A DNA stretch of 64,000 nucleotides, taken from assembly GCA_026770705.1 (NCBI GenBank), contig JANJGN010000026.1, forward strand, positions 35,898,001 through 35,962,000. Direction: 5' to 3'. Shown piece after piece: positions 1 through 13,200 of the stretch. A model generated the notes under the pieces. It was given only the letters and a program-made list of their open reading frames with translations. It ran no database searches and was not told the origin of the DNA. The DNA is from Isurus oxyrinchus. Taxonomy: Eukaryota. Each line of letters starts with the position of its first letter. Position 1 is the stretch's first letter. The position numbers and the translations under genes were made by a program.

Positions 1-149
1 CGCAGTCAGCAGAATTAGATTTCAGATATCCCTGCTTTTCCAGTGCCAAAGGCCAATTTCGCACCTATAGAGTGGTATGTGTAGGAGGATGCAGGGCATT
101 GTGCTCCCATGTGCTTGTTGCCCTTCTTATTCTGGGAGGTGGAAGTCAC

Positions 150-1180
150 AGGTGCTGTTGAACAGGCCTTGGCGAGTTGCTGCAGTGTATCTTGTGGATG
201 ACACACACTGCAGCCACTGTGTGTCTGTGGTGAAGGGAGTGAATGTTTAACTCTTGGATGAGGTATCAAGGGGTTGATTTCCCCTGGTTGGTGTGGAGGT
301 TCTTTAATGTTGCTGCAGCTACATTCGTCCAGGAAAGTAAACAATTTCCAACAGACACCTGACTTGCAGATTTGCAGATGGTGGAAAGGTGTCGGGGAGT
401 CTGGAGCTGAGTTATTCGCCACAGAATCCCCACCCTCTGATCTAATCTTATAGCCACAGTATTTATATGACTGGTCCAGTTCAGTTTCTGTTCAATAGCA
501 TCTGCACGATATTGATAGTGAGTTTTAGCAACGGTAATGTCTTTTGAACGTCAAGGGGCGATGTTTGGTTTCTTTATTGGAGTTGGTCATTGCCTGGCAC
601 TTGAGTGCTGCTTATATCACTTGCAACTTATCAGCACAAACTTGTCCAGTTCCAGATGCAACAAGTAAGGACAGTTTCATCATCTGAGAGGTCATAAATG
701 GAACTGAACACTGTAAATATAGCGAACATCCCCACTCCTGACCCAGTGATGAAGAGAAGGTTACTGATGAAGCAGTTGAAGATGGTTGGACCAAGGCAAC
801 TTCTCTGAGGGACTCCTGGAACGATGTCCTGGTCATGAGATGCTTTGACTCCAACTATCCACAATATCTTCATGTGCACTCGATATGACTCCAGCCAGCG
901 GAGAGACTTGCCCCTGATTCCTATTGACCTGACACTTTCCAAGGCATCTTGATGCCACACTCAGTCAAATGCTACTTTCAGTAGTCAAGTACTGAAGCAT
1001 TCACACATCATGTCTGGAATTTCGCTCTTGTCCATGTTCAGACCAAGTTTACAATGAGCTTTGATGCTGGCTGATCCTGGTGGATCCAGTCTGAGCTTTG
1101 GTGAGCAGGTCGGCGACACCTTCAGTCAATTTACTGATGATTGAGAGTAGACTGATTGAGCTGCAAAGGGACGGGTTTGA
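150..1180 (-). mobile_element. Degenerate non-LTR retrotransposon (CR1/L2 group) RT and 3' fragment
   Basis: ORF 631..960 (GIRGKSLRWLESY...GVPQRSCLGPTIFNCFISNL) matches RT motifs around the GVPQGSVLGP box. A homologous copy lies at ~50950-51650. Confidence 0.75.
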
Positions 1181-1299
1181 TCTCTTGTCCATTACGTACA
1201 GTGTTCTAGCTTCATGCTATGGTTCATCATTTTCAGGTATGCTTGGCCTTGCTTCTGACCTGCTGGCCTACATTCCTCATTGTTCCCAGGCTGGATGTT

Positions 1300-1985
1300 A
1301 GACTCATAGACGCTTACAGCACGGATGGAGGCCATTCGGCCCGTCGTTTCCGCGCTGGTCAACAAAGAACTGACTACACTAATCCCATTTCCCCGCGCTT
1401 GGCCCATAACCCTGGAGGCTATGGCAGCTTAAGTGAACATTTAAATCCTTCTTAAATGTTGCTAGAGTTTCTGACTCAACCACCCTTTCAGGAAGTGAGT
1501 TCCAAATTCCTACTACCCTCTGGGTGAAAAAAAATTCTCCTCAACTCCCCTCTTAGCCTTCTACCTCTTATGTTACATCTCTGCTCCCTGGTTATTGACC
1601 GCTCTACTAATGGAAAAGGTGCCTTCCTGTCTACCCAAGCGATGCCATTCAGGTCCCCCATCAATCATCGTTTCTCCAAGGAAAACAACCCCAGCCTTCC
1701 CAATCTTTCTTCATAGCTCAGACCCTCCAGCCCAGACAGCATCCTGGTAAATCTCCTCTGTACTCTGTCCAGTGCAGTCACATACTTCCTATAATGTTGT
1801 GACCAGAACTCCACGCAGTACTCCACTTGTGGCCTACCCAACGTTTTATACAGTTCCAGCATAACCTCCCTGCTCTTGTGTTCTATGCCTCTGCTAACAA
1901 AGGCAAGCAGCTCAAATGCCTTCTTAACCACCTCATCTACCTGCTCTGCTACCTTCAGAGATCAGTGGATAGGCACACTAAGGTT
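1300..1985 (-). mobile_element. CR1 LINE 3' fragment
   Basis: ORF 1665..1931 LYKTLGRPQVEYCVEFWS...LDRVQRRFTRM...SYEERLGRLGLFSLEKR is the typical CR1 ORF2 C-terminus. Confidence 0.9.
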
Positions 1986-3049
1986 TAAGTGAGGGTTATT
2001 CTGGTCCATGAGATTACAGGTTGTGTTTGAATGGAATTATCCTGCTGCTAATGACCAACAGTATCTCGTTGATGCTAAGTTTTGAGCTGCTAGGTCTGTT
2101 CTGAATGAATCCCGTTTAGCACAGCAGCAGTGCTGCACAACACAATGGAGAATGTGCTCAGTGTGAATACCGGCCTGGGTTTCCGCAAGGACAGTGCAGG
2201 GGTCAATCTCACCTATATCGATAGTATGATGGGTCGGAGATCAGGATAGGTTTCCCCTCATGTTGACTCTCTCACCATCTGTGGCAGGTTCATTCTGGCA
2301 GGTACGTCATTCAGGATTCCTCCAGCTCAGTCATTAGTGGTCTTGTCAAATGGTAATTGATTTTGCAAATTCACAGCACATTCATTGCCCGTGCTACCCT
2401 CAGTGTTTCTTCCAAGCAGTGCTGAAGGTGAAGGAATACAGATTCATCAGCTGAGGGAGGGAAATAGGTGGTAATCACCAGGAGCTATCTCCACCCATAT
2501 CTTATTTGGTTCTGTGGGACTTCAGGGCATCTGGTGTCAATCTCGTTGTGCACCACCGTGTCTCTGTTCATATTATAGTGGGCCTGATTCATTGTTACTG
2601 CTCTAGTCCGTGTTTATGTTTCTGTAATACTAGACCCTGTCTCAGTAATTGCTGCTGTCCACCATGTGTCTGTTCATATTACACTCAGCCTGTCTCATTG
2701 TCACTGCTCTAGTCCATGTCTCTGTTTCTGTAACACTAGGTTCTGTCTCAGTTATTTATGTAATTGGCCTCTGTTTATATTACATTTGTATATTCCCTTA
2801 GTTTACTGCACTAGACCCTAGAAATAAGAGTTAAATGGTTGAATTTAAACAGCTGCAAGATAAGAGAGATCTTCGGTTCATGAACACAAATCTGGGATGC
2901 AGGGAGGACAAGTCATGACAACAAAATAGGCCCCCATGATAATTGTTCCCTGAAGAATAATTGCATCCTTACTGTTCCCACAATCTTGCTGTCTTATCTT
3001 CACTATTTCCACCCCAGCCAATTTCCACATTATTGTACTTGTGCAGTGC

Positions 3050-3760
3050 AGTAATAAGTGAGGCAGGGTCTAATGTAATTTAAATACAGATATGATCTAG
3101 CACCGAACTGAGACAGTGTCTACTGAAATACATAGACAGTTCTAGATCAATATATTCAGAGACATGTCAATTATAATATAAACAGAGCCAGGGCCTTGTT
3201 TAATAGTAACAGAGACAAGGTCTAGAGTAATATAAAGAGAAACAGGGTCCAGTGTAATATAAATAGAGTCAGGGACTAGTTTATTATAAATATAGAGGGT
3301 CCAGTTTAATATAAACAGGGGCAGGGCCTAGTGCAATATAAACAGAGACAGCGTATAGTGCAAAATAAACAGAGACATGTCGAATATAATATTAACAGAG
3401 ACATGTCGAGTGTAATATATAAGCAGCGACATATCAAGTGTAATACAAACAGGGACAGAGTCTAGTGTAATATAAACCGAGACAGGGATCAATGTAACAT
3501 AAACAGAAACAAGGTCTAGTGTAATATAAACTGGGGTAGGCCCCAGTGCAATATAAACAGAGACAGCGTCTCATGCAATATAAACAGAGGCACGTCGAAG
3601 AGAACAGAAAGACACATGTCGAGTGTAATATAAACAGGGACAGGGCATAATGAAATAAAAACAGAGGCAGGGTCGACTGTAATATAAACAGAGACAGGAT
3701 CTGGTCTGCGTAATACACACAGTGACATGGTCATGGTTGAATGCAATATCGAGACCTGGT
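3050..3760 (-). repeat. Degenerate 27-bp tandem repeat (same family as the main satellite, opposite orientation)
   Basis: Recurring tctagtgtaatataaacagagacaggg at a ~27-bp period. Confidence 0.85.
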
Positions 3761-4745
3761 CTACTGTCCCATCAAAAACTCCCAGGACAGATGCAGCATG
3801 GGGCTAGGCACAGAATTTAAAGCTACCTCTACATTGTCACGTTGAACATTCCCAGGGAATGTGCAGCACGGGTTAGAGAGAGGGAACCTCCTTCGACACT
3901 GTCACCATGAAACACTCACAGGGTAGATACAGCACGGGTTAGATACGGTTAGACCGGCCTAGTGTAATGCATAGACAAGGCCCACGGCTCCATCAGACAG
4001 CGGCAGGTGTCGCATGAGGATATATTAATAATGGAAAGTTCCCTCTACATTGCCACATAAAAAACTCCCAAGGCAGGTATTGCACGGGTTAGATTCAGAG
4101 TGAATCTCCCTCTACACTGTCACCATCAAACATTCCCAGGACATGTACAGCACAGTTCAGCTACAGGGTAAAAGTTCATCTGCATTGTCCACTCAAACAC
4201 AGTCAAGGCATGTACGGTAAGGGTTCTAAGCAGTGTCAAGTTTCCTCTGCACTCTTCATCAGACATTTCCTAGGAAGCTCGACACCGGGGGCAGGTAAAG
4301 AGGAAAGACATTCCCAGGGTTCAGATACGGGGCAAATCTCACTCTGCACTGCCTCATCAAACAGTCATGTCAAATACAGTGTGGTTTACATGCAAGGTAA
4401 AGCTCCCTCTAAACTGCCCTTTCAATTACTCCCAGGTCAGGTATAGCACAGATTAGATACAGAGTAAATCTCCCTCTACACAGCCGTATCAAACACTCCC
4501 AGGGCAATCACAGTGTAGGTTAGGTACAAAGTAAGGCTCCCTCTGCACTGTCCCATCAGACACTTCAAAAGCAGGGGTTGCACGGGTTAGATACAGGGAA
4601 AGATCCTTCGGCACGGCCACATCAAATCCTCGCTCCTGGCTACAACAGGTTAGATACAGAGTAAAGTTTCATCTGCAGTTTCCCATCTAGCACTCTCAGG
4701 TCAGTGAATGCTCAAAACAGATTTAGAGTAAATTTCCCTCTGCGG
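3760..4745. repeat. ~67-bp minisatellite
   Basis: Unit approx. ctctacactgtcccatcaaacactcccagggcaggtacagcacgggttagatacagagtaaagctcc repeated more than 10 times. The same family occurs at 63473-64000. Confidence 0.85.
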
Positions 4746-5559
4746 ATTCCAATCCATTTCATTAGATCCATTTAGTTTGAAATGTATGAATCGGGCTGAG
4801 AGAATACATTGGCTAGACATTGACTTTATGTTGTGGAGTGAAGACAATGACCCATGGTGGAGAGACAAGACACAGAACCAGGGAGGAGAAAGAGACAGAG
4901 AGAGAGAGGATACAGGAAATCTCTACAAACACATTTGCCGTGTCATTATATTTCATGATAAGTGGGAATCTTTCTTAATTCTGAACATAGATATCAACGT
5001 GACATAATTCTCATATAACTGATTTAAAAGATGCCCAAAAAACAATTGCTACTGGAATCGGTTGATGCATTTGCATGTTTGACTCTATTTCTGTGCTGTG
5101 TTGATGGGGAAATATTTGCTGTGGTTTGTATCTCCAGAATCTAATCTGGTACTTCTATTTCTGTGTTTATTTACATAAACGCCTCACTGATTTCAATGAA
5201 GTGTTCATGGCAGCAAAACCAGATAAACACAGACACTTATTGATCAGTTTCAACTGAAAACAAGGGTTTATTTTAAGAATATTGACAGTTGATACAAAAT
5301 TAATAGAAACTTTTTCAACATACATTAGAACAGATGTTATTTATTTCAAACAATTAAAAATACATTTAAATTAATAATTCAGTTCTGAAAGCTCTACTAT
5401 CACAATCAATGAAGAATCTTTGAACAGGCTGGGATTCCACTGAAAGTCAATTTGTTGGAAAATTTAATCCATTTAAACCAGACAGTTTAAAACAGCAGCC
5501 GGGGGACCTAAAATCATATTAATCTCAGAGTTTTCAACATATCACAACTAGCATTTTAA

Positions 5560-5850
5560 AATGTTAACACTGGAAAGAATTTGCATTTATAGAACGCTGC
5601 TCACAACCCCATGAAATCCTAAAATCCTTAAAACTCGTTGATGTACATTTTTGAAGTTTCGTCATTGCTGTGATGTTGGAAATCCATCCAGTGATTTGTG
5701 CACAGCAAGCTCCCATGAATGAAACTGTGAAAAATGACTAGACAATATGTGATTTTAGTTGAAGAATGAATATTGATGCAGGATAGTGGGAAGAACAGTC
5801 CTGCTCTATAGATTGGTAGAAACGGAGATTTTGCACCTGTCATTGACCTG
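5560..5850 (-). mobile_element. DeuSINE-like SINE fragment
   Basis: ttgcatttatagaacgc...ttttgaagt...cacagcaagctccca resembles the DeuSINE tail and core as recalled. A homologue lies at 29235-29600. Confidence 0.5.
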
Positions 5851-5989
5851 AACGTTTGACCTGTTTTTTTTTCAATTGATGCCTACTGACCTGGTGAGTG
5901 GTTATTTTTTGCCCTGCTTTAGATTTCCCGAATCTGCAGTATTTTGCAGCATTTTAATTCATTCTTGGCATATGGGCGTCAATGATGAA

Positions 5990-7554
5990 GTAATTCTTGC
6001 ACTTGGCCCTGTCTCAGTTTATATTAATCTAGAACTTTTATCAGGAATCTCTGCACTAGATCCTGCCTCAGTTTCGATTAATCTAGATCCCGTATCAGTA
6101 ATCACTGCACTGGAACTGCCTCTGTTTATATTGAACTAGATCCTGTATCAGTAATCTCTGCACTAGAAACTGTCTGGGTTTATATTAATCTAGACCCTGT
6201 ATCAGTAATCAGTGCTCTCGACCCTGCCTCAGTTTATATTGATCTAGGCCCTGTATCAGTTATCTCTGCACTAGACCCTGTCTCAGGTTATATTAGTCTA
6301 GTCACTCTATCAGTAATCACTGCATGAGACCAATTCTCAGTTTGTATTAATTTAGTTCCTGCAGCAGTAATTACTGCAACAACCCCTGTCCCAGTTATAT
6401 TTATCTAGGCTCTGTATCAGTGAGCACTGTACCAGGCCCTGTCTCAGTTTATATTAAACTAGGCCCTGTATCAGTAATCACTGTACTGAACACTGTCTCA
6501 GTTTATATTGATTCAGGCACTGTATCAGCAATCACTGCAATGGACACTGTCTCAGTTTATATTGATCTAGACATTGAATCAGTAATCACTGCACTAGCCA
6601 CTGCCCTAGCTTATATTTATCCAGGCCCTGTATCAGTAATATCTGCACTCAGTTCATATCAAGCTAGATCCTGTATCAGTAATCAATCAATTGGACGCTG
6701 TCTCAGATTATATTAATCTGGACCCTGTATCAGTAATCACTGCAATAGGCCCAAACTCAGTTTCTATTTATCTCGGCCCTGTATCAGTAAACACTGCATT
6801 GGACATTGTCTGAATTTCTATTAACCTAGACCCTGTATCAGCAATCACTGCACCAGCTCCTGTCTCAGTTAAGATTAATCTAGAGCCTGTAACAGTAATC
6901 AGTGCACTAGACCCTGTCTCAGTTTATATCCTTCTAGACCCTGTATCAGATATCTCTGCACTGGAGCCTATCTCAGTTTATATTTCTCTCAGTCCTGGAT
7001 CAGTAAACACTGCGCAGAAATTGTCTGAGGTTATATTGATCAAGGCCATGTGTCAGTAAACACTGCACTAGACCCTGCCTCGGTTTCTATTAATTTAGAC
7101 CCTGTATAAGTAATGACTTCACTGGGCACCATCTCAGTTTATATTGATCTGGATCCTGCATCATTAATCACTGCAATGGACACTGTCTCAGTTTATATTG
7201 ATCTGGATCGTGTATCATTAATCATTGCACTAGCCTCTGTCCTAGTTTATATTAATCTAGACCCCGTGTCAGTAAACTCTGCAGCATGCTCTGCCACAGT
7301 ATTTATCAATCTAGACTCTGTATCAGTAATCACTGCACTAAACTCTGTATCAGTTTATATTAATCTAGACCCTGTATCAGTAATAACTGGACTTGACACT
7401 GTCTCAATTTATATTGATCCAGACCCTGTATCAGTAATGATTGCATTACAGCCTGTCTGATTTTATATAAATCCAACCTTGTATTACTAATCAATGCACA
7501 AGGCCCTGTCTCAGTTCATCTTAATCTGGTGCCTGTATCAGTAATCACTGCAGT
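5990..7554 (+). repeat. 54-bp satellite (dimer of two 27-bp subunits), left arm
   Basis: Alternating tcagtttatattaatctagaccctgta / tcagtaatcactgcactagaccctgtc. This produces the spurious VSVYINLDPVSVITALDP ORFs. Confidence 0.95.
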
Positions 7555-9860
7555 ACATAAAAACAAAAAAACTGCGGATGCTGGAAATCCAAAACAAAAA
7601 CAAAAACAGAATTACCTGGAAAAACTCAGCAGGTCTGGCAGCATCAGCGGAGAAGAAAAGAGTTGACGTTTCGAGTCCTCATGACCCTTTGACAGAATTT
7701 GAGTTCGAGTCCAAGAAAGAGTTGAAATATAAGCTGGTTTAAGGTGTGGGGGTGGGGGAGGTGGGGGGGGGTGGGGGGGGGGGGAGGCTGGCGGGGGTGG
7801 TGGGGGGGCGGAGAGAGAGAGGGAAGTGAAGGGGGGCGGGGGTGTGGTTGTAGGGACAAACAAGCAGTGATAGAAGCAGGTCATCAAAAGATGTCAACAA
7901 CAATAGTACAAAAGAACACATAGGTGTTAAAGTTAAAGTTGGTGATATTATCTAAACGAATGTGTTAATCAAGAATGGATGGTAGGGCACTCAAGGTATA
8001 GCTCTAGTGGGGGTGGGGAGAGCATAAAAGATTTAAAAAAAAGATTTTTAAAAAAAATAATGGAAATAGGTGGGAAAAGGAAAATATAATTTATTGGAAA
8101 AAAAAGGAAGGGGGAAACAGAGAGGGGATGGGGATGGGGGAGGGAGCTCACGACCTAAAGTTGTTGAATTCAATATTCAGTCCGGAAGGCTGTAAAGTGC
8201 CTAGTCGGAAGATGAGGTGTTGTTCCTCCAGTTTGCATTGGGCTTCACTGGAGCAATGCAGTAAGCCAAGGACAGACATGTGGGCAAGAGAGCAGGGTGG
8301 AGTGTTAAAATGGCAAGCGACAGGGATGTTTGGGTCATTCTTGTGGACAGACCGCAGGTGTTCTGCAAAGCGGTCGCCCAGTTTACGTTTGGTCTCTCCA
8401 ATGTAGAGGAGACCACATTGGGAGCAACGAATGCAGTAGACGAAGTTGGGGGAAATGCAAGTGAAATTCTGCTTCACTTGAAAGGAGTGTTTGGGCCCTT
8501 GGACGGTGAGGAGAGAGGAAGTGAAGGGGCAGGTATTGCATCTTTTGCGTGGGCATGGGGTGGTGCCATAGGAGGGGGTTGAGGAGTAGGGGGTGATGGA
8601 GGAGTGGACCAGGGTGTCCCGGAGGGAGCGATCCCGACGGAATGCCGATAGGGGGAGGTGAAGGGAAGATGTGTTTGGTGGTGGCATCATGCTGGAGTTG
8701 GCGGAAATGGCAGAGGATGATCCTTTGAATGCGGAGGTTGGTGGGGTGATAAGTGAGGACAACGGGGACCCTATCATGTTTCTGGGAGGGAGGAGAAGGC
8801 GTGAGGGCAGAAGCGCGGGAGATGGGCTGGACACGGTTGAGGGCCCTGTCAACGACCGTGGGTGGAAAATCTCGGTTAAGGAAGAAGGAGGACATGTCAG
8901 AGGAACTGTTTTTGAAGGTAGCATCATTGGAACAGATGCGATGGAGGCGAAGGAACTGAGAGAATGGGATGGAGTCCTTACAGGAAGCGGGGTGTGAGGA
9001 GCTGTAGTCGAGGTAGCTGTGGGAGTCAGTGGGTTTGTAATGGATATTGGTGGACAGTCTATCACCAGAGATTGAGACAGAGAGGTCAAGGAAGGGAAGG
9101 GAAGTGTCAGAGATGGACCACGTGAAAATGATGGAGGGGTGGAGATTGGAAGCAAAATTAATAAATTTTTCCAAATCCCAAAGAGAGCATGAAGCGGCAC
9201 CGAGGTAATCATCGATGTACTGGAGAAAGAGTTGTGGAAGGGGACCGGAGTTGGACTGGAACAGGGAATGTTCCACATACCCCATAAAGAGACAGGCATA
9301 GCTGGGGCCCATGTGGGTACCCATAGCCACACCTTTTATTTGGAGGAAGTGAGAGGAGTTGAAGGAGAAATTTTTCAGCGTGAGAACAAGTTCAGCCAGA
9401 CGGAGGAGAGTAGTGGTGGATGGGGATTGTTCCGGCCTCTGTTCGAGGAAGAAGATAAGGGCCCTCAGACCATCCTGGTGGGGGATGGAGGTGTAGAGGG
9501 ATTGGACATCCATGGTGAAGAGGAAGTGGTTGGGGCCAGGGAACTGGAAATTGTTGATGTGACGTAAGGTGTCAGAGGAATCACGTATGTAGGTGGGAAG
9601 GGACTGGACAAGGGGAGAGAGAAGGGAGTCAAGATAACGAGAAATGAGTTCTGTGGGGCAGGAGCAAGCTGAGATGATCGGTCTACCGGGGAAGTTCTGT
9701 TTGTGGATTTTGAGTAGGAGATAGAAGCGGGCCGTCCGAGGTTGGGCGACTATCAGGTTGGAAGCTGTGGGAGGGAGATCGCCAGAGGAGATGAGGTCAG
9801 TGACAGTCCTGGAAACAATGGCTTGATGTTCAGTGGTGGGGTCACGGTCCAGGGAGAGGT
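7555..9860 (-). mobile_element. Penelope-like retroelement (RT + GIY-YIG endonuclease), 5'-truncated, one frameshift near 8655
   Basis: ORF 8383..10008: FYLLLKIHK..PGRPIIS, MDVQSLYTSIP, GVAMGTHMGPSYA, YIDD. ORF 8148..9332 C-terminus: VYCIRCSQCGLLYIGETKRKLGDRFAEH (GIY-YIG). Terminal repeat sequence at 7570-7700. Confidence 0.93.
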
Positions 9861-10242
9861 GAGGCAGAAGGGATTTCTGGTGGCGGCTCCTGGTTGCAAT
9901 GAGAATATTACGATTCTCAGTAACATCATGAAAAGGGCGAAATGCAACAGGATAGAGCTGGCCGTTGTCTTTGTAGACCTGGCGAAAGCTTTTGACTCTG
10001 TAGGGCATAAAATGCTCATAAAAGCACTACAAAGAGTGGGGCTGCCCAAATCGTTTATAAACATGATTACAGATCTGTATACGGACACAGATACATACTT
10101 AGAAAGCAAAGATGGAAAAACAGATCCCATCAATGTCAAGAGAGGGGTCAAACAGAGAGACCCGCTATCATCTATACTTTTCAATATCGCTATGGATCCT
10201 CTTATCTGTACCCTGCAAGAGGCACAGTTGGGCGTCCACTTG
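9861..10242 (+). mobile_element. Fragment of an R2-like (RLE-group) non-LTR reverse transcriptase
   Basis: RQKGF...PGCNENI...VFVDLAKAFDSVGH...VKRGVKQRDPLSSILFNIAMDPL within ORF 9742..10296. The motif spelling is R2/NeSL-like, not CR1- or Penelope-like. Confidence 0.75.
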
Positions 10243-10245
10243 AGT

Positions 10246-13200
10246 ATCACTGCAGTCTACCCTGACTCAGTATATATCAATCTGGACCGTGTTTAAGTAA
10301 TCACTGTACTTAGCTCTGTCTCAGTTTATATTAATCTGGACTCTGCGACACTAATCAGTGCACTGGACACTGTCTCAGTTTATATTGTTCTGGACCCTGT
10401 ATCAGTTATCTCTGCACTAGAGCCTGTCTCAGATTATATTTGTCTAGACCTGTATCTGTATTCATTGCACTATGCCCTGCCTCACTTCATATCAACCTAG
10501 ACCCTGTAACAGTTATCACTGCATTTGGCCCTGTCTCAGTTTATATTAATCAAGACCCTTAATCAGTAATCACTGCACTGAACACGTTCTCAGTTTCTGT
10601 TGATTCAGACCCTGCAACAGTAATCACTGCACTAGACCCTATCTCAGTTTATTTTAACCTCGACCCTGTATAATAATCAGTGCAATGGATGCTCTCACTT
10701 TGTATTGATCTGGGCCCTGTATTAGTAATCACTGCAATAGCTGCCGCCTTCATTTTTATGTATCTAGGCCCTGTATCAGTGAACACTGCATTAGGCCCTG
10801 TCTCAGTTTACATTAAAATAGGTCCTGTATCAGTAATCACTGCACTTGGCCCTGTCTCAGTTAATATTTGTTTAGACCCTGTATCAGTAATCACTGTACT
10901 CAATTCATATCAATCTAGATCCTGTATTAATAATCAGTGCATTGGACACTGTCTCAGTTTATATTAGTCCAGGCCCTTTATCAGTAATGACAGAACAAGA
11001 GGATGCCTCAGTTTATATTAATCCAGATACCGTATCAGTAATCACTGCACTAGACGCTGTCTCAGTTTATATTAGCCTAGACCCCGTATCAGTAATCATT
11101 GCAGTAGGCCCAGTCTCAGTTTATATTTATCTCGGCCCTGTATCAGTAAACAATGCACTGGACATTGTCTGAGTTTATGTTAACCTAGACCCTGTATCAG
11201 TAATTACTGCACTAGATCCTGTCTCAGTTAATATTAATCTAGACCCTGTATCAGTAATCACTGTACTGGATGTTGTCTGAGTTTATATAGATCAAGACCA
11301 TGTATCAGTAAACACTGTAGTAGATCCTGTCTCAGTTTCTATTAATCTAGACCCTGTATTAGTAATGACTTCACTGCACACTGTCTCAGTTTATATTGAT
11401 CTAGATCCTGTATCATTAATCACAGCACTAGCCTCTGTCCTATTAATCTAGACCCTGTGTCAGTAATCTCTGCAGCATGCTCTGCCACAGTATTTATCAA
11501 TCTAGACTCTGTATCAGTAATCACTGCACTGAACTCTGTATCAGTTTATATTGATCCAGACCCTGTATCAGTAATGATTGCATTAGAGCATGTCTGATTT
11601 TATATAAATCCAACCTTGTATCACTAATCACTGCTCTAGCTCTTGTCTCAGTTCATCTTAATCTGGAGCCTTTATCAGTAATCACTGCAGTTGGCCCTAT
11701 CTCAGTTTATATTAATATGGACCCTGTGTCAGTAATCACTGCGCTTGGCCCTGTCTCAGTTTATATCAAACCTAGACTCTGTAACAGTAATCACTGGGCT
11801 TGGCCCTGTCTCAGTTTATATTAATCTAGACCCCGTGTCAGTAATCACTGCACTGGGCACTGTCTTAGTTTATATTGATCCAGACCCTGCAACAGTAATC
11901 ACTGCATTTGGCCCTGTCTCAAGTTTTATTAATCTAGATTCTGTATCACTAATCACTGCACTAGGCCCTGCCTCACTTTATTTCAACCTAGACCTCCTAT
12001 CAGTAATCAATGCACCAGACACTGTCACAGTTTATATGGATCTAAATCCTGTGTCAGTAATCACTGCACTAGACACTATCTCAGTTGACATTGATCTAGA
12101 CCTTTTTAAGTGTCAGTTCATATTATATTCTGGCCTTCCTCATTTTTTATCAATCTAGACACTGTATCAGTAATCATCATACTATGGCCTGTCACAGTTG
12201 ATATGAAATAGGCCCTCTATCAGTAATTACTGCAATAGACCCTGTCTCAGGTTATATTGATTTGGGGCCTACGTCAGTAATTACTGCACTAGGCCCCGCC
12301 ACAGTTTATATCGATCAAGACCCCATGTCAGTAAACACTGCACTGGACACTGCCTCAGTTTATATGGAGCAAGAGCCTGTATTAGTAATCACAGCAGTGG
12401 ACACTGTCTCAATTGATATTGATTTAGACTTGTATAAGTAATCATAGCACTTGACCCTGTCTCAGTTTATATCGATCTTGGCTGCATATCAGTTATCTCT
12501 GCACTAGACTCTGTCTCACTTTAATTAGCCTAGTCCCTCTATCAGTAATCACTGCACTACATCCAGTCTCAGCTTATATTAATTTAGTCCCTGCAGCAGT
12601 AATTACTGCAAGAGCTCCTGTCCCAGTTATTAGCCTAGTCCCTCTATCAGTTATCACTGCACTACATCCAGTCTCAGTTTATATTAATTTAGTCCCTGCA
12701 GCAGTAATTACTGCAAGAGCTCCTGTCCCAGTTATATTTATCTGGGCCCTATATCAGTGAAATTTCACCAGGCCCTGTCTCAGTTTGTGTGGCTCAGATG
12801 CTGATTCAGTAATCACTGCACTCGACCATGTTCTGGTTATAATAATTTGCACCCTGAATCAAAAAGCACAGCACTGGACTATTTCTCAGTTTATATATTA
12901 ATCTAAAGCCTGTTTCAGTAATTACTGCATTATACCCTGTCTCAATTTATATCAATTTAGACCATATATCAGTAATCACTGCACTTGAGCTTCTCTCTGT
13001 TTACATTAATCTAGACTCTGTTTCAGTAATCACGGCAGTAGGCCCTTTCTCAGTTTATATTTATCTCGTCCCTGTATCTGTAATCACTACACTGGACATT
13101 GTCTGAGTTTACATTGCTTGAGGCCTTGTACCAATAAACAACACACTAGACCCTGCCTCAGTTTATATTAATCTAGATCCTGTTTCAGTCAACACTGCAC

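Noticed and set aside
4930-5230. Possible decayed GPCR fragment
   Set aside because: No convincing motif in any frame.
7612-7921. Proline-rich ORFs
   Set aside because: Translation of the G/C-rich low-complexity tract in the Penelope 3' region.
8383-10008. Single 541-aa protein
   Set aside because: Chimeric read-through: the N-terminus is the antisense of the R2-like fragment and the C-terminus is out of frame after the Penelope frameshift.
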